Program-made: the position numbers and the translations under genes | Shown: positions 30,261-41,761 of the stretch, piece after piece | Numbering within the stretch: position 1 is the stretch's first letter | Layout of the letters: every line of letters begins with the position of its first letter | From: Nostoc sp. DedSLP01 | GTDB taxonomy: Bacteria; Cyanobacteriota; Cyanobacteriia; Cyanobacteriales; Nostocaceae | Assembly: GCA_034530875.2 (NCBI GenBank) | Contig: JAVRCJ020000006.1 | Span: 128,001 to 192,000 of the forward strand | Length of the DNA: 64,000 bases | Direction: 5' to 3' | The notes under the pieces: model-generated | The model's input: the letters and a program-made list of their open reading frames with translations, nothing else | Told to the model about the DNA's origin: nothing | Database searches by the model: none

Positions 30261-31091
30261 TTAGTTCATCGATTGCTCGATAGCTTTGTAGTTGTTAGTC
30301 GAATCTGTAAGCAAACGAACTTTAATCTCATCGTAAAATTCCTCTTGAGATAACTCTACTTTGGATTGAGCCGAAAGTAGTAATAACGCCCAGAAAACGC
30401 TAACTAGGTGACCGTGTTTAGAGTCGTGTCCAGAACCATTTTGAGATGATTGCCTTGTCTGAGTCCACAACTGTACGAGTTGTTCTAAATTCAACCAATT
30501 TTGTTCTAAAGATAGCTCTTTTGCCGATAATTTCATCACTTGCTCTAGTTCTCCAGCTACTTCTGTGAGATTTTCTTGGTGAGCTAGTTCTAGAGCCTGC
30601 CGCATACTTTGGATGCTAGGCTGACGCCTGGGACGGATGGGTTTGCTGGTTTTCTCTACGAGTTTGAGCTGGTTAGCCATAATCTGTAATTGCTCAATTA
30701 ACTCTTGCAGAGTTACCCGGCGTTTTGGTGGCGGCATTGCTGCTGGACGACGACGCAATTGCCGTTCTAATGGTAGACGAGGGCCATGAGGTAAGATTCC
30801 ATCTGCATCTTCCAATAGAGAATCATCTAGTACACCATCTTGTGCATCTTCTACTGTTGACAATTGCATTAAGGTATTAGCTTTGAACAATACCAACATT
30901 GATGCTGATAAAAAGGCTTGTCCAGATTGAGACAAGTCAGTTTCGTAGCGTTTTCCTATTGTCTCTGGCGCCATCAATTCTAAGTAACGATCGATCACCT
31001 CAATCACTTGGACATCCCAAGGGTCAATTTCCCCCTGCTCGGCTTGATGAATCAGCAATGTAATTGTTTCTAACAGCTCGGAAGCTTCCAT
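30261..31091 (-). CDS. scpA: Segregation/condensation protein A
   Basis: GEIDPWDVQVI, RVTLQELI, FWALLLLSAQSKVEL.Q. Confidence 0.9.
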   Translation of the reverse strand: MEASELLETITLLIHQAEQGEIDPWDVQVIEVIDRYLELMAPETIGKRYETDLSQSGQAFLSASMLVLFKANTLMQLSTVEDAQDGVLDDSLLEDADGILPHGPRLPLERQLRRRPAAMPPPKRRVTLQELIEQLQIMANQLKLVEKTSKPIRPRRQPSIQSMRQALELAHQENLTEVAGELEQVMKLSAKELSLEQNWLNLEQLVQLWTQTRQSSQNGSGHDSKHGHLVSVFWALLLLSAQSKVELSQEEFYDEIKVRLLTDSTNNYKAIEQSMN

Positions 31092-31140
31092 CAGCAGCTA
31101 CTTAAGTTAATTAATCAGAGTCGAAAAACCTAAGAATAAC

Positions 31141-31265
31141 AGAGGGAGTGGTGAGTGGGGAGTGGGGAGGTGGGGAGATGGGGAGCAGAGGAGCTGGGGG
31201 GAAGTTGCACTAACTCTTTCCCCTCTGCCCCCTATCCCTTCTGCTCCCCTGCCTCTTCCCCATAC
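31141..31265. repeat. STRR/palindromic G-rich and C-rich repeats
   Basis: gagtggggagtgggg.. / ctctgccccctatccc. Confidence 0.75.
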
Positions 31266-31272
31266 CCAAATA

Positions 31273-31467
31273 TTAAAACCGCCACCAAGTTCTTTGAGCA
31301 TAACTGATAATTCCGATCGCGATCGCCCCCAGTAACAGCAGCCAAATAATTCCACCCGGGATAAACGTGAGAATGCCAAAGCCTCTGAGTATCCAGATGG
31401 CTAGGCTCATACCAAGAAATATACCGAAAATTTGGATTAACCTACGATTTAAAGAAGATTGGCTCAC
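31273..31467 (-). CDS. Small two-TM hypothetical protein
   Basis: 64 aa, two hydrophobic helices, GAGG RBS upstream of GTG. Confidence 0.75.
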   Translation of the reverse strand: MSQSSLNRRLIQIFGIFLGMSLAIWILRGFGILTFIPGGIIWLLLLGAIAIGIISYAQRTWWRF

Positions 31468-31936
31468 TTAGTTTTCCTCTCAACTCAACAGACATTACAT
31501 TTAGTATTGATATTCAGTTATGAAGATACGATGAAATTTGAATGTCATCAGAAATAACACGCAAAAATTAGCAGACACTAACTAACAAAAGCCACCAAAT
31601 ATCCAAGAAAGTTTCTACTGAGGTATTTTCTAGAATTAGCCTTGGTAGCTGAATATTTAGATCGTGTTTGTGCCATTTTAGCTGTTAAAAACTTGATTTT
31701 ATATTTACGAATATTGCTTTAAAAAATTTTTACTTAAGTGTTGATTGTGTTAATTGTGATAAGGAATACTTTTTTTGCAGTAAACTAACTGAAATAATTA
31801 TCAAAAAATTAGTGTTTCCGGAAAGAACAAGTACTAAACTGGAACTAAAATTTAGTGGATTGAATCTGGATCGAGTGTAATAGCTTGTAGTTTCAATCTT
31901 TTTAGGTGGATAAGTTGAGGAGCGACGGAAATTATT

Positions 31937-32494
31937 ATGTCTGCGTCTGATATATTAAACTCAATTATTGCAGGTTCCAATATGGCTTGGAGTCAAGATA
32001 AGCAACAGTTGCTGGTACAGGGTGAAATTTTAGTAGAAACCCGATCGCACAAGGCATGGGGTGGCGCTGTCACAGCTTGGATGTATTTGCCAATGGTGCG
32101 ATCGCAAGTCTGGCAGCAATTAACTGATTACCCCCGCTGGGTACAGTATTTTCCAGATATTACTAAGAGCGAAGTAATACATCGAGGTGAAGTTAAACGC
32201 CTGTATCAAGCAGCACAAAAAGCTTTCTTGTTTTTCACGGCTCAAGTAGAAATTTACCTCAATGTTGTAGAAGTGTTAGGTCAACAAATCCAATTCCGTA
32301 TGGAAAAAGGAACTTTTGAGGACTTTGACGCTCGTTTAGAACTCAAAGATTGCGGTAATGGCACTTTACTCGCTTATACTGTCCAAGCTACACCTAATAT
32401 TCCGATTCCATCGATTTTCATTCAACAAGCAATGAACTTTGAATTACCTGCGAATATGCGTAAAATGCGCCAAGTTATCTGTAAGAGTCATTGA
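31937..32494 (+). CDS. SRPBCC / polyketide cyclase-dehydrase family protein
   Basis: VWQQLTDYPRWVQYFP, FRMEKGTFEDF. Confidence 0.85.
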   Translation: MSASDILNSIIAGSNMAWSQDKQQLLVQGEILVETRSHKAWGGAVTAWMYLPMVRSQVWQQLTDYPRWVQYFPDITKSEVIHRGEVKRLYQAAQKAFLFFTAQVEIYLNVVEVLGQQIQFRMEKGTFEDFDARLELKDCGNGTLLAYTVQATPNIPIPSIFIQQAMNFELPANMRKMRQVICKSH

Positions 32495-32497
32495 ATA

Positions 32498-32965
32498 AGG
32501 CAGGGGGCAGGGGGCAGGAGGCAGAAGGCCAATTAGAGGGAGTCTGCTGAATCACCCTCTAATTGTTCGTATGATTGCGTTCCCGAAGGGTAGACCACTA
32601 AATCTCAGATTTAGTGGGGATCTTAAACCCAGTTTGGGCTGCGGCTTAAGACTTACCTTAAAACTGTTTCTTGACTTATCACCTCTGCCCTCAGCATAGC
32701 TGCCTTGCCCGAAGGGCAGATAAACCTCTTGCAAAACTCTTTTTGCACTCTTGGGGAAAAGGGATGCATGTAAAAGGGAAAGGGTTTTTTCTTATCGCTT
32801 CCCCCTTTCCCCCTTACCCTTTTCCCGACTTTTGCAAGAAGTCTAATAAACAATTCTGCCATTACCTGAATTTTCGTTCAGTCCGTCTCCCGTGGAATAG
32901 GGTTCGGTTAAAGAGCAAAGGCAAAAAGCATAATTTTAAACCTTCCCCTTTTGCCTGCCCGCATT
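32498..32965. repeat. Nested Nostocales intergenic repeat / MITE-like elements
   Basis: Palindrome CCACTAAATCTCAGATTTAGTGG, inverted arms CTCTTGCAAAA..TTTTGCAAGAAG, A/G- and C/T-rich heptamer arms. Confidence 0.6.
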
Positions 32966-33018
32966 ACAGATGAGAAGTACTTATCTGAAACGTATTGCTC
33001 TGCCTTGTCAACGAATTC

Positions 33019-33888
33019 TTATTTAGTATTGAAAAACGAAATGGATTTTTGAAATCGATTCATTATCGATTCAGGTAATCGTTGCGGATACTTAGAAAAA
33101 TAGAAAATTCTTAATTGAATGAAGTTTATAATTAAAGCGAATCGAACCTCCCATTGTTCAATAAAGGAAAGTGTTTTGGCATACTCCTTAAATAATTGTT
33201 GGACTCGGGTTTGATTTGTTCCATTTGTAGAATCATCAAAAGTTTTTGTTCCTGGATAATATCTATAATTTCCCCAAGTTTCATTAAAATATTTTACATT
33301 AGCTACTTTAACTGCTTTAAGTAGAAAATCTATATCCATTGCATAATGTTCTTCAACTTTGTATAGTCCAATTTGTTCGTGCAAGGATTTATGGTAGAAG
33401 TAAGCCGATGGATTCATAGGATAAGCACAATCAATGATTCCATCATCATTAATTTGTATTCTCATCAGTAAGTTTACTGTCTGTAGCCGTTTAGGTTTGT
33501 TAATCTGAATTAACCTGTCTTGACTATCCAAGATATTACAATTTCCAACAATCAAGCTAGGTTCTGGTAAAGTTTTAAATAACTCATAGATGCGACTAAT
33601 AGCATTTGCCTCATAGAAATCATCAACGTTTAAAAAACTGATAATTGCTCCTTTTGCCATAGCAATTCCTTTATTCATTGCATCTGATTGTCCCCGATCT
33701 TTTTCAGAAATCCAGCGAATGTGGGGATATTGATTAGCGTAAAGTTTGATAATATCTATTGTTTTGTCGGTCGAACCACCATCGACAATGATATGCTCAA
33801 CATCGATACAATTTTGATTAATGACAACTTGAATGCAGGATTCTATAAATTTTTCACTGTTATAAGTTGGCGTAATGATACTAATCAT
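33019..33888 (-). CDS. Glycosyltransferase family 2
   Basis: ISIITPTYN, IIVDGGSTD, GQSDAMNKG, FLNVDD. Confidence 0.95.
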   Translation of the reverse strand: MISIITPTYNSEKFIESCIQVVINQNCIDVEHIIVDGGSTDKTIDIIKLYANQYPHIRWISEKDRGQSDAMNKGIAMAKGAIISFLNVDDFYEANAISRIYELFKTLPEPSLIVGNCNILDSQDRLIQINKPKRLQTVNLLMRIQINDDGIIDCAYPMNPSAYFYHKSLHEQIGLYKVEEHYAMDIDFLLKAVKVANVKYFNETWGNYRYYPGTKTFDDSTNGTNQTRVQQLFKEYAKTLSFIEQWEVRFALIINFIQLRIFYFSKYPQRLPESIMNRFQKSISFFNTK

Positions 33889-33992
33889 GAATTATCACCT
33901 TAGAAAAGTGAATTGGACTAGAAAAAGCTTTCCTAATATCCAATTATTTTGATAAACATAATTTATAATTCCCATTTTTTGCCTAAATAATT

Positions 33993-34027
33993 CAAAAACC
34001 CGTTCTCTATGAGAAAACGGGTTTTTG
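33993..34027 (-). terminator. Intrinsic terminator of clpB
   Basis: CAAAAACCCGTT..AACGGGTTTTTG hairpin 25 nt after stop. Confidence 0.8.
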
Positions 34028-34052
34028 TGTGTGATTTGTGTGTGAAGTAAAA

Positions 34053-36671
34053 CTATCCAGTAAACACCTCAACAGGCAAACGGCCAAAGGCCAGACGCTC
34101 ATTTTGCACATCTACAAATATGGTGTCACCGTCGTTAAATTCGCCGCGCAAGATGGCTTTGGCAATTTGCGTTTCTAACTCCCGCTGAATCGCCCGTTTT
34201 AGCGGACGCGCTCCAAATACTGGGTCGTACCCTACTTCTGCTAAAAAGTCAAGAGCAGCATCGGAGAGTTTGAGAGAAATCTTGCGATCGCCCAGTCTTT
34301 GCCGCAATCTTTCCACTTGCAATTGCACGATTCGGCGTAATTCCTGCTTGTTCAAACCGTGGAAGATGATGATTTCGTCAATCCGATTGAGGAATTCTGG
34401 ACGGAAACTATTTCGCATCGCCTCCATCACGCGACGGCGCATTTCCTCGTAATGGGCGTTATCGCCAGCGATATCGAGAATGTACTGGGAACCGATGTTG
34501 CTAGTCATGATGATGATAGCGTTCTTGAAGTCCACAGTATGACCTTGGGCATCAGTTACGCGACCATCATCGAGAATTTGCAAGAAGATATTGAATACAT
34601 CAGGGTGTGCTTTTTCGATTTCGTCGAAGAGAATCACTGAGTATGGACGACGACGAATCGCTTCAGTTAATTGTCCGCCTTCTTCATAACCCACGTATCC
34701 TGGAGGCGCACCAATTAAGCGAGAGACAGCGTGTTTTTCCATATATTCCGACATATCGATTCGCACGAGTGCTTCTTCGGTGTCGAACATATACGCCGCC
34801 AAGGCTTTTGCTAATTCGGTTTTACCAACACCCGTCGGCCCGAGGAAAATAAAGCTAGCGATGGGACGATTGGGATCTGCCAATCCAGCACGCGATCGCT
34901 GAATTGCATCAGCTACGGCTGTGACTGCTTCTTGTTGTCCAACTACGCGGCGGTGTAATTCATCTTCTAAATGCAACAGTTTTTCTTTCTCTGATTCCAC
35001 CAACTTGCTGATGGGAATTCCTGTCCATTTAGAAATAACTTCAGCAATATCAGCTTCGGTTACTTCCTCACGCAGCAGAGATTTCCCAGTTTTTTGAGCA
35101 TTCGATAATTCGCTTTCTGCTGCTTCTAATTTGCGGTGTAAATCGGTTAATTTACCGTATTTCAACTCAGCAGCGCGGTTGAGGTCGTAGTCGCGTTCTG
35201 CTTGTTGAATTTCCAAATTCACCCGTTCAATTTCTTTTTTAACGGACTGAATTTTGTCAATGATATCTTTTTCAGATTGCCATTGAGCGTTGAGAGTGCT
35301 TTGTTCTTCTTTGAGGTCGGCAATTTCCTTTTCTAGTCTCTCTAAACGTTCCCGAGAAGCTGCATCGCTTTCTTTTTGTAGCGATAACTTCTCCATTTCT
35401 AATTGCAGAATCTTGCGGTCAATTTCGTCGAGTTCTTCCGGTTTAGAGGTAATCTCCATTTTCAACCTAGCAGCCGCTTCATCTACTAAGTCAATGGCTT
35501 TATCTGGTAAAAAGCGATCGCTAATATAACGACTCGATAATATCGCCGCTGCAACTAAAGCACTATCGGAAATCTTCACCCCGTGGTGGTTTTCATAACG
35601 TTCCCTCAAGCCGCGCAAAATGGAAATCGCATCTTCGACACTAGGCTGATCGACATAAACTTGTTGGAAACGTCTTTCTAGTGCGGCATCTTTTTCGATA
35701 TATTTGCGATATTCATCCAAAGTTGTCGCCCCAATACAGCGCAATTCGCCCCGCGCCAGCATTGGTTTTAATAAGTTACCAGCATCCATCGCGCCTTGGG
35801 TAGCACCAGCACCGACAACGGTATGAATTTCATCAATAAATAGAACAATATTGCCGCCAGATTCGGTAACTTCTTTTAATACTGCTTTTAGACGTTCTTC
35901 AAACTCACCCCGGAATTTTGCCCCAGCAATTAAAGCACCCATATCTAAAGCAATTAGCTTGCGGTCTTTAAGAGATTGGGGGACATCACCAGCGACAATG
36001 CGCTGTGCTAATCCTTCAGCGATCGCAGTTTTACCAACACCAGGTTCGCCGATTAATACAGGATTATTCTTAGTCCGGCGAGAGAGAATTTGTATAGTGC
36101 GGCGAATTTCATCATCGCGCCCAATCACTGGATCGAGCTGACCTTTTCGGGCTGCTTCTGTAAGGTCACGCCCATATTTTTCCAGTGCTTCGTACTTGCC
36201 TTCTGGATTTTGGTCAGTCACTTTTTGGCTCCCACGAATTTGTTTAATAATATCTTTTAGTTTCTTTTCGTTTAAAGCGAATTCTTGGAATATACCTTTG
36301 CCAAAGCGGTCATCTTTGGCATAAGCCAGTAATAAATGTTCAATTGAAATATATTCGTCTTGAAATTCTTGGCGATATCCGTCTGCGCGGTCTAAAAGTG
36401 TATCTAAACTGCGCCCTAAATAGACGGAAGTACTGCTACCAGAGACTTTCGGTTGACGTTGGATAAATTGTTCGGTGCGATCGCGCAGTTTTTGCAAGTT
36501 AACACTGGCTTTCGTCAACACACTGCTAGTTAGACCATCTTGTTCTAGCAGGGCTTTCATTAAATGTTCGCTTTCAATCTGCTGTTGTTGATATTGTTTA
36601 ACAATATCTGGCGTGTGGGCGATCGCTTCCCAGGCTTTTTCCGTAAATTGGTTTGGATTAGTAGGTTGCAT
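34053..36671 (-). CDS. clpB: ATP-dependent chaperone ClpB
   Basis: Two AAA+ modules ([16 protein letters not shown]) and coiled-coil middle domain. Confidence 0.98.
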   Translation of the reverse strand: MQPTNPNQFTEKAWEAIAHTPDIVKQYQQQQIESEHLMKALLEQDGLTSSVLTKASVNLQKLRDRTEQFIQRQPKVSGSSTSVYLGRSLDTLLDRADGYRQEFQDEYISIEHLLLAYAKDDRFGKGIFQEFALNEKKLKDIIKQIRGSQKVTDQNPEGKYEALEKYGRDLTEAARKGQLDPVIGRDDEIRRTIQILSRRTKNNPVLIGEPGVGKTAIAEGLAQRIVAGDVPQSLKDRKLIALDMGALIAGAKFRGEFEERLKAVLKEVTESGGNIVLFIDEIHTVVGAGATQGAMDAGNLLKPMLARGELRCIGATTLDEYRKYIEKDAALERRFQQVYVDQPSVEDAISILRGLRERYENHHGVKISDSALVAAAILSSRYISDRFLPDKAIDLVDEAAARLKMEITSKPEELDEIDRKILQLEMEKLSLQKESDAASRERLERLEKEIADLKEEQSTLNAQWQSEKDIIDKIQSVKKEIERVNLEIQQAERDYDLNRAAELKYGKLTDLHRKLEAAESELSNAQKTGKSLLREEVTEADIAEVISKWTGIPISKLVESEKEKLLHLEDELHRRVVGQQEAVTAVADAIQRSRAGLADPNRPIASFIFLGPTGVGKTELAKALAAYMFDTEEALVRIDMSEYMEKHAVSRLIGAPPGYVGYEEGGQLTEAIRRRPYSVILFDEIEKAHPDVFNIFLQILDDGRVTDAQGHTVDFKNAIIIMTSNIGSQYILDIAGDNAHYEEMRRRVMEAMRNSFRPEFLNRIDEIIIFHGLNKQELRRIVQLQVERLRQRLGDRKISLKLSDAALDFLAEVGYDPVFGARPLKRAIQRELETQIAKAILRGEFNDGDTIFVDVQNERLAFGRLPVEVFTG

Positions 36672-36977
36672 AGGCTTTTTTAGGAACGTAAAGGCAGAGC
36701 AGCTTGTCAGAGGCTACCACCAGAACACCAAGTCAATAAAATTTCTGTTCTCACATAGATATTGTAAGAATAGGAGAGCGATCGCCTAGATCGGTGTTCA
36801 CGTCTTATAAAAGTCGTATTTTCCCGTAGTTCCTATTTCGCATTCATTGCTTTGCTATAAGTAAAACGATGTGAAAAAACCAAACTATGTTAAGAAAAAT
36901 TAAATAGACTCAAATCCTCTTCCCTCCTGCCTCCTGCCTCATCCCAATGATAAATATTCACACCGACCCACTTATGA

Positions 36978-37370
36978 CTACGGAAACAAACTCAAGCGAA
37001 TCCATAATGCCACTTGAGAAGTACTGTTCATCTCCAAATATTCGACAGTGACTTTTCCAGAAGAAGTAATGCCTATAATCTTGCCAGATTGAGTATCAAC
37101 CTGAAAATGCTCGCTCCACTTATCCTGTCTGGGATGAAAGAAACTAACTTCAGTGTTGGAAGCAGGCATAATGCCACTAATACGAGTTCCTTTACGGAGA
37201 TTACACGAGCGACAGCCAAGAGCTAAATTTGCTTCGTTATTTTCACCTTGCCGAGAGAGTAGGATAATATGCTCAACCTCAAATGGAAAATTAAAGATTA
37301 ATTTAGGGGCTTGGCAGTACTCACAGCGATGATTGGCACGCGCGGCGATCGCAGTGTAATACCGATTCAT
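36978..37370 (-). CDS. HNH endonuclease
   Basis: RCEYC, EVEHII, NLALGCRSCNLRK. Confidence 0.9.
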   Translation of the reverse strand: MNRYYTAIAARANHRCEYCQAPKLIFNFPFEVEHIILLSRQGENNEANLALGCRSCNLRKGTRISGIMPASNTEVSFFHPRQDKWSEHFQVDTQSGKIIGITSSGKVTVEYLEMNSTSQVALWIRLSLFP

Positions 37371-37729
37371 GAACTCTCTTGCTGAATCAATGCAGCTGTT
37401 CTGACTGTTGCTGCTCTTAATTCTGCCTCAACCAAGGTATCCAGTTCTGCTTGTTGCTCTGGTGGCAATGCTTGTCCCCGATCTCGTGCCGATCGCCATA
37501 AACTCATCAATTCCGATAACCGTTTTTGTTGTTTAGCACTGAAAAACGGGTCAGGTTTAAAGTTTTGAATGACAAGCAGTGCGCTGAACTCCGTTTCTCC
37601 CAACTGAGTAGTTAACGCATCTAGGGCTTGCCCCGCAGTTTTGCCAACAGAGTGCTTATCCCCTGCAATGGCGCGATAAGTTTTTTCACCATCAGCATCA
37701 AAAATTGGCAAGATTGCTACTGTTGTCAT
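37367..37729 (-). CDS. Hypothetical protein coupled to HNH gene (putative antitoxin-like partner)
   Basis: ATGA overlap; QQKRLSELM..QQAELDTLVE helical tail. Confidence 0.75.
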   Translation of the reverse strand: MTTVAILPIFDADGEKTYRAIAGDKHSVGKTAGQALDALTTQLGETEFSALLVIQNFKPDPFFSAKQQKRLSELMSLWRSARDRGQALPPEQQAELDTLVEAELRAATVRTAALIQQESS

Positions 37730-37869
37730 GCTTTCAGTTTGGAATCCTTTGCCTCAAATTATAGCTTTACACGAACAACACCCGACCAAGCGATTATATG
37801 CCTCCACCATTCTCCTCGTACCCACAGACAGAGTTAACATAATTCAAGGTCGCTTAGTGGATACTGAAA

Positions 37870-38238
37870 ATGATTGACTCCTACGACTTTGAGGATAATG
37901 ACTTTGAGGATGAGGATTTATTTCTAATGAAATCCATAAGTCAAATGAGTGAAGGAGAAAAGCTACAGCGATTTAAGCGTTTCTTTGACAGTAGCAGCCG
38001 CGCTATGTTACATGAGTGCCTATTTCGGATTGTCGAAAACAAAGATAGTTTGGGTACTTTGGCAATTCTTTGCCCTAATGAAGTTGTCAGACAACGCCTT
38101 TCCAAAAAAAAGCGCAAAATCACCAACAATATTAACAGCTGTTGGAGTCATGTTAGATGGTTTTCCCTATGTCTTCAACAAGATGGTGAATTGCATTGCC
38201 AAAAATTTACCCGCAACGGTGATTTGGTAACACATTAA
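37870..38238 (+). CDS. Hypothetical protein
   Basis: 122-aa ORF with acidic N-terminus. Confidence 0.65.
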   Translation: MIDSYDFEDNDFEDEDLFLMKSISQMSEGEKLQRFKRFFDSSSRAMLHECLFRIVENKDSLGTLAILCPNEVVRQRLSKKKRKITNNINSCWSHVRWFSLCLQQDGELHCQKFTRNGDLVTH

Positions 38239-38323
38239 TTGTGGGAGTAGGGAATAGGGAATAGGGAAATGAGAGAGAAAAACTAATAATAACTAATGAC
38301 TAATAACTAATAACTAATTACCA

Positions 38324-38578
38324 ATGACTAAAAAACAAAAATTTCCTTATTTACTTGGTTCTAAGTGGACAGCACAGCAAAAAGTAGACGGATGGAGACA
38401 TTTCCAAGTTATCAACCGTAAAAATCAGGGTAAGTGGGTTTATGCTGAAATGGTGGCTGCTTGCGATCCCAAAGTTCGTTTTTGGATAAATGCCAAATTA
38501 TTACAAGATAACTCGCAGTGGCAAGCTGGCTGGCAAACATTACAGCAAATCGAGGAACTAAAAGATGATGTGTCTTGA
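38324..38578 (+). CDS. TIGR02450 family Trp-rich protein
   Basis: LLGSKWTA, WRHFQV, WQAGW. Confidence 0.88.
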   Translation: MTKKQKFPYLLGSKWTAQQKVDGWRHFQVINRKNQGKWVYAEMVAACDPKVRFWINAKLLQDNSQWQAGWQTLQQIEELKDDVS

Positions 38579-38674
38579 TTGCCTGAAATAGAGAAATTGA
38601 AATAAATCCTAATCTAAGTTTGGTAGCCAGCGATAAAATCTTAACTAATGACTAATGACTAATAACTAATAATC

Positions 38675-38702
38675 AAAAAAGGACAGGTACAAAACCTGTC
38701 CT
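38675..38702 (-). terminator. Intrinsic terminator of ndhD
   Basis: AGGACAGGT-ACAAA-ACCTGTCCT hairpin with A-run (U-tail on minus strand). Confidence 0.75.
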
Positions 38703-38735
38703 AAAATAATATTAGTTGAAAAGAGCGATCGCTAT

Positions 38736-40313
38736 CTAATTAGCAATTTCTGGCGCACTCAAAGAAACCTTTGGTACTTCTGGTTTTTGTTGTGCTAATG
38801 TTGGCACTGAATTCCGCAATCTTGCTGTCAATTGTACAGTTGTAGAGTCGTACATTTGAGTGAGTAATTTCGGATAGAAACCAATACCAATAATTGGCAC
38901 TAACAAGCAAGCAATGATAAATACTTCACGGGGTTCAGCATCTATCAAAGCTTGATGAGAAACTAATTCTTTGTTCTCTTGACCGTAGAAAATTTCGCGC
39001 AACATTGACAGCAGATAAATCGGAGTTAAAATCACCCCAACTGCCATTAAGAAGACGATGATAACTTTGAAAGTAGAGCTATAAGCATCGCTAGTAGCAA
39101 AGCCAACAAATACCATTAATTCTGCTACGAAACCGCTCATTCCTGGCAATGCCAACGATGCCATTGAACAAGTGGTGAACATCGCAAAAATTTTCTGCAT
39201 TCTCTTACCGACACCACCCATTTCATCCAACATGAGGGTGTGTGTCCGGTCGTAAGTTGCACCTACAAGAAAGAACAAACTCGCCCCGATTAAACCGTGG
39301 GAAACCATTTGCAATACTGCCCCACTTAACCCCAAATCGGTAAAGGAAGCAATCCCAATGGTGACAAAACCCATGTGAGAAATTGAAGAGTAGGCAATTT
39401 TTCGCTTCAGGTTCCGCTGCGCAAAGGATGTCAGGGCAGCGTAGATAATATTTACTACCCCCAAAACCACCAATACTGGCGCAAAATAAGCGTGGGCGTC
39501 AGGTAGCATTTGGGCATTCATCCGAATTAGAGCGTAACCGCCCATTTTCAGGAGAATACCTGCAAGCAGCATGTGTACGGGGGCTGTAGCTTCACCGTGG
39601 GCATCAGGTAGCCAGGTGTGCAAGGGAATAATCGGCAACTTGACGGCGTAGGCAATTAGGAAGCCAGCGTAAACCAAAAGTTGGAAATTGAGGGCGTAGT
39701 CTTTGAGGCCGAGCGATCGCATGTCAAAGGTGACTGTATCGCCATAAAAGGCCATTGTCAAAGCACCGACCAAAATAAACAGCGAACCACCGGCAGTGTA
39801 CAAAATAAACTTGGTGGCTGCATATTGCCGCCTTTTGCCTCCCCAAATTGCCAGCAGTAGGTAAACCGGAATTAATTCCAACTCCCACACTAGGAAGAAC
39901 AGCAGCATATCCTGGACGGCGAAGACGGCAATTTGACCGCCATACATCGCCAAGAGCAAAAAGTAAAATAGCTTGGGCTTGAAGGTCACAGGCCAAGCTG
40001 CTAAGGTCGCTAGGGTGGTAATGAATCCAGTCAAAATAATCAGAGGCATGGACAAGCCATCAGCCCCTACCGACCATTTCAAATCGAGTTGTGGTACCCA
40101 GGCGTAACTTTCCGCCAACTGCAAATCTGGATTGGAGAAATCGTATCCAGTATAAAAAGCGTAAACAATCAGTGCAAAATCTATCAGCCCGACAATCAGG
40201 GAGTACCAGCGCACTGTTTTGCCGTCTTTATCTGGGATGATGGGAATTAGTAGTGACGCCGCTATCGGAAACAGAATAATCGTCGTCAGCCACGGGAAAT
40301 TAGCTGTATTCAT
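38736..40313 (-). CDS. ndhD: NAD(P)H-quinone oxidoreductase subunit 4 (NdhD1 type)
   Basis: [30 protein letters not shown]. Confidence 0.97.
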   Translation of the reverse strand: MNTANFPWLTTIILFPIAASLLIPIIPDKDGKTVRWYSLIVGLIDFALIVYAFYTGYDFSNPDLQLAESYAWVPQLDLKWSVGADGLSMPLIILTGFITTLATLAAWPVTFKPKLFYFLLLAMYGGQIAVFAVQDMLLFFLVWELELIPVYLLLAIWGGKRRQYAATKFILYTAGGSLFILVGALTMAFYGDTVTFDMRSLGLKDYALNFQLLVYAGFLIAYAVKLPIIPLHTWLPDAHGEATAPVHMLLAGILLKMGGYALIRMNAQMLPDAHAYFAPVLVVLGVVNIIYAALTSFAQRNLKRKIAYSSISHMGFVTIGIASFTDLGLSGAVLQMVSHGLIGASLFFLVGATYDRTHTLMLDEMGGVGKRMQKIFAMFTTCSMASLALPGMSGFVAELMVFVGFATSDAYSSTFKVIIVFLMAVGVILTPIYLLSMLREIFYGQENKELVSHQALIDAEPREVFIIACLLVPIIGIGFYPKLLTQMYDSTTVQLTARLRNSVPTLAQQKPEVPKVSLSAPEIAN

Positions 40314-40543
40314 CGCAATTCGTCTGCTATCAAAATCATGTTTGGCAAAAAGTCACTAGTTATTAACTAACAGCTTTTTGGGGATTTGGTCTTAGTCGTT
40401 AGGTTGATTTAATTAAATTGCCTATCCCAGATTTTTCGGTTGGGAGTCTATTTTGACATCTGGTGGTGCGGAATGTGAGTAGGTACTCCCAGTCAAGTCA
40501 AAAATTTACCCGAAAAAAGCTGCTAGGCTAGAGTTTTAGGGAT

Positions 40544-40686
40544 GCGATCGCGTAGTAAAATCTGGCGATCGCTAAAAATACACGATGCTGTTTGGTGGTT
40601 GTCAAAAAAGCGATTTGGTGCAAAAAAGTATGACAAGAGAAACAACCATAATGATAATGGCACAAATTGAAAATTAGGTTCGTTAT
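40544..40686 (+). repeat. Direct repeat copy A (degenerate copy of 41618-41761)
   Basis: Starts at HIP1; includes ATGATAATGGCACAAATTGAAAATTAG with a stop where copy B has CAG. Confidence 0.88.
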
Positions 40687-40753
40687 CAGCTACCAATCCT
40701 TTGTACACCTGATAAATTTTTGATGTCCAAAAGAAATCGATCGCACACCTAAA

Positions 40754-41023
40754 ATGCAAATTACCATCGAAATCCCCGACGAGATTGCCCATCAACTCGC
40801 TAATACCCCTGACCAACTTTCCCGCCGCGCCCTAGAATCTTTAGTGGTCGAAGCTTATCGCCATCGGCAACTTTCTACTGCCCAAGTTCAGCGTCTGTTA
40901 AATCTCTCTTCTCGACTAGCTACCGATGCTTTTCTCAAAGCCTATGAAGCTTACCTACCCTACACCGCAGCTGACTTAGAGCAAGACTTGGCAGCTATTG
41001 ACCAAGCCGTTACTCAGCAATGA
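40754..41023 (+). CDS. UPF0175 family antitoxin
   Basis: MQITIEIPDEIA, LVVEAYR..LST, LNLSSR..DAFLK. Confidence 0.88.
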   Translation: MQITIEIPDEIAHQLANTPDQLSRRALESLVVEAYRHRQLSTAQVQRLLNLSSRLATDAFLKAYEAYLPYTAADLEQDLAAIDQAVTQQ

Positions 41024-41505
41024 CCGTTGTTTGCGATACTTCACCCCTGTGCTATCTAATCTTGATTGATTGTGTTGAAGTTCTGCCTCAGCTTTTCAGT
41101 CGCGTCACCATCCCCAATGCTGTCTGCACAGAACTCCTTGCCGAAGGCTCCTACACCCAAGTTCAAAACTGGATTGCCCGCCCCCCAAGCTGGTTAGAAA
41201 TTCAAACTACCACGTCTGTGTTACCCAACCTATCCACTAAACTTGGCATAGGTGAGCAAGAAGCCATTTCTCTGGCTGTCCAACTCAACGCAGCCTTGAT
41301 TATCTTAGATGATATGGATGCTCGGCTCTCAGCGATCGCTCAGGGTCTCAATGTAACAGGCTTACTCGGTGTTCTTTATCGTGCGGGAACCCAAGATCTA
41401 ATTGATTTTCCTAACGCCATTTCTAGATTGCAATTAACTACCTTTCGTGCATCTTCTACCCTCATCCAAAGTTTTTTAGAGCGTTATTACCAAGAACGAG
41501 GTTAA
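41020..41505 (+). CDS. DUF3368 PIN-domain toxin
   Basis: VCDTSPL, LGIGEQEAI, ILDD, VTGLLGVL. Confidence 0.9.
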   Translation: MTVVCDTSPLCYLILIDCVEVLPQLFSRVTIPNAVCTELLAEGSYTQVQNWIARPPSWLEIQTTTSVLPNLSTKLGIGEQEAISLAVQLNAALIILDDMDARLSAIAQGLNVTGLLGVLYRAGTQDLIDFPNAISRLQLTTFRASSTLIQSFLERYYQERG

Positions 41506-41568
41506 TTTTGCCATGTTCGTCAACCCAAAACTAGTACCTGTATTCATCTGGTCGCAAGAAGAGGTGAC

Positions 41569-41649
41569 ATGAAGGAGGGCAGTAAATATCAGCCACTCCT
41601 GGAATTTTTACGTGGCAGCGATCGCGTAGTCCAACCTGGCGATCGCTAA
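41569..41649 (+). pseudogene. 5' fragment of a gene, truncated at a HIP1 site
   Basis: GAGGTGAC RBS + MKEGSKYQPLLEFLRGSDR, resembling the N-terminus of a cyanobacterial HTH regulator family; homology to repeat copy A begins at GCGATCGC 41618. Confidence 0.55.
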
Positions 41650-41761
41650 AAATACACCATACTGTTTGGTGGTTGTCGAAAAAAGGAATTTGCTGCAAAA
41701 AAGTATGACAAGAGAAATAACCATAATGATAATGGCACAAATTGAAAGTCAGATTCGTTAT
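41618..41761 (+). repeat. Direct repeat copy B
   Basis: Matches 40544-40686; contains the 5' end of the 41726-41983 gene. Confidence 0.88.

Noticed and set aside
40455..40500. GGTGGTGCGGAATGTGAGT resembling a cyanobacterial IS terminal sequence
   Set aside because: No partner end or transposase in the window; cannot support without an ISfinder search
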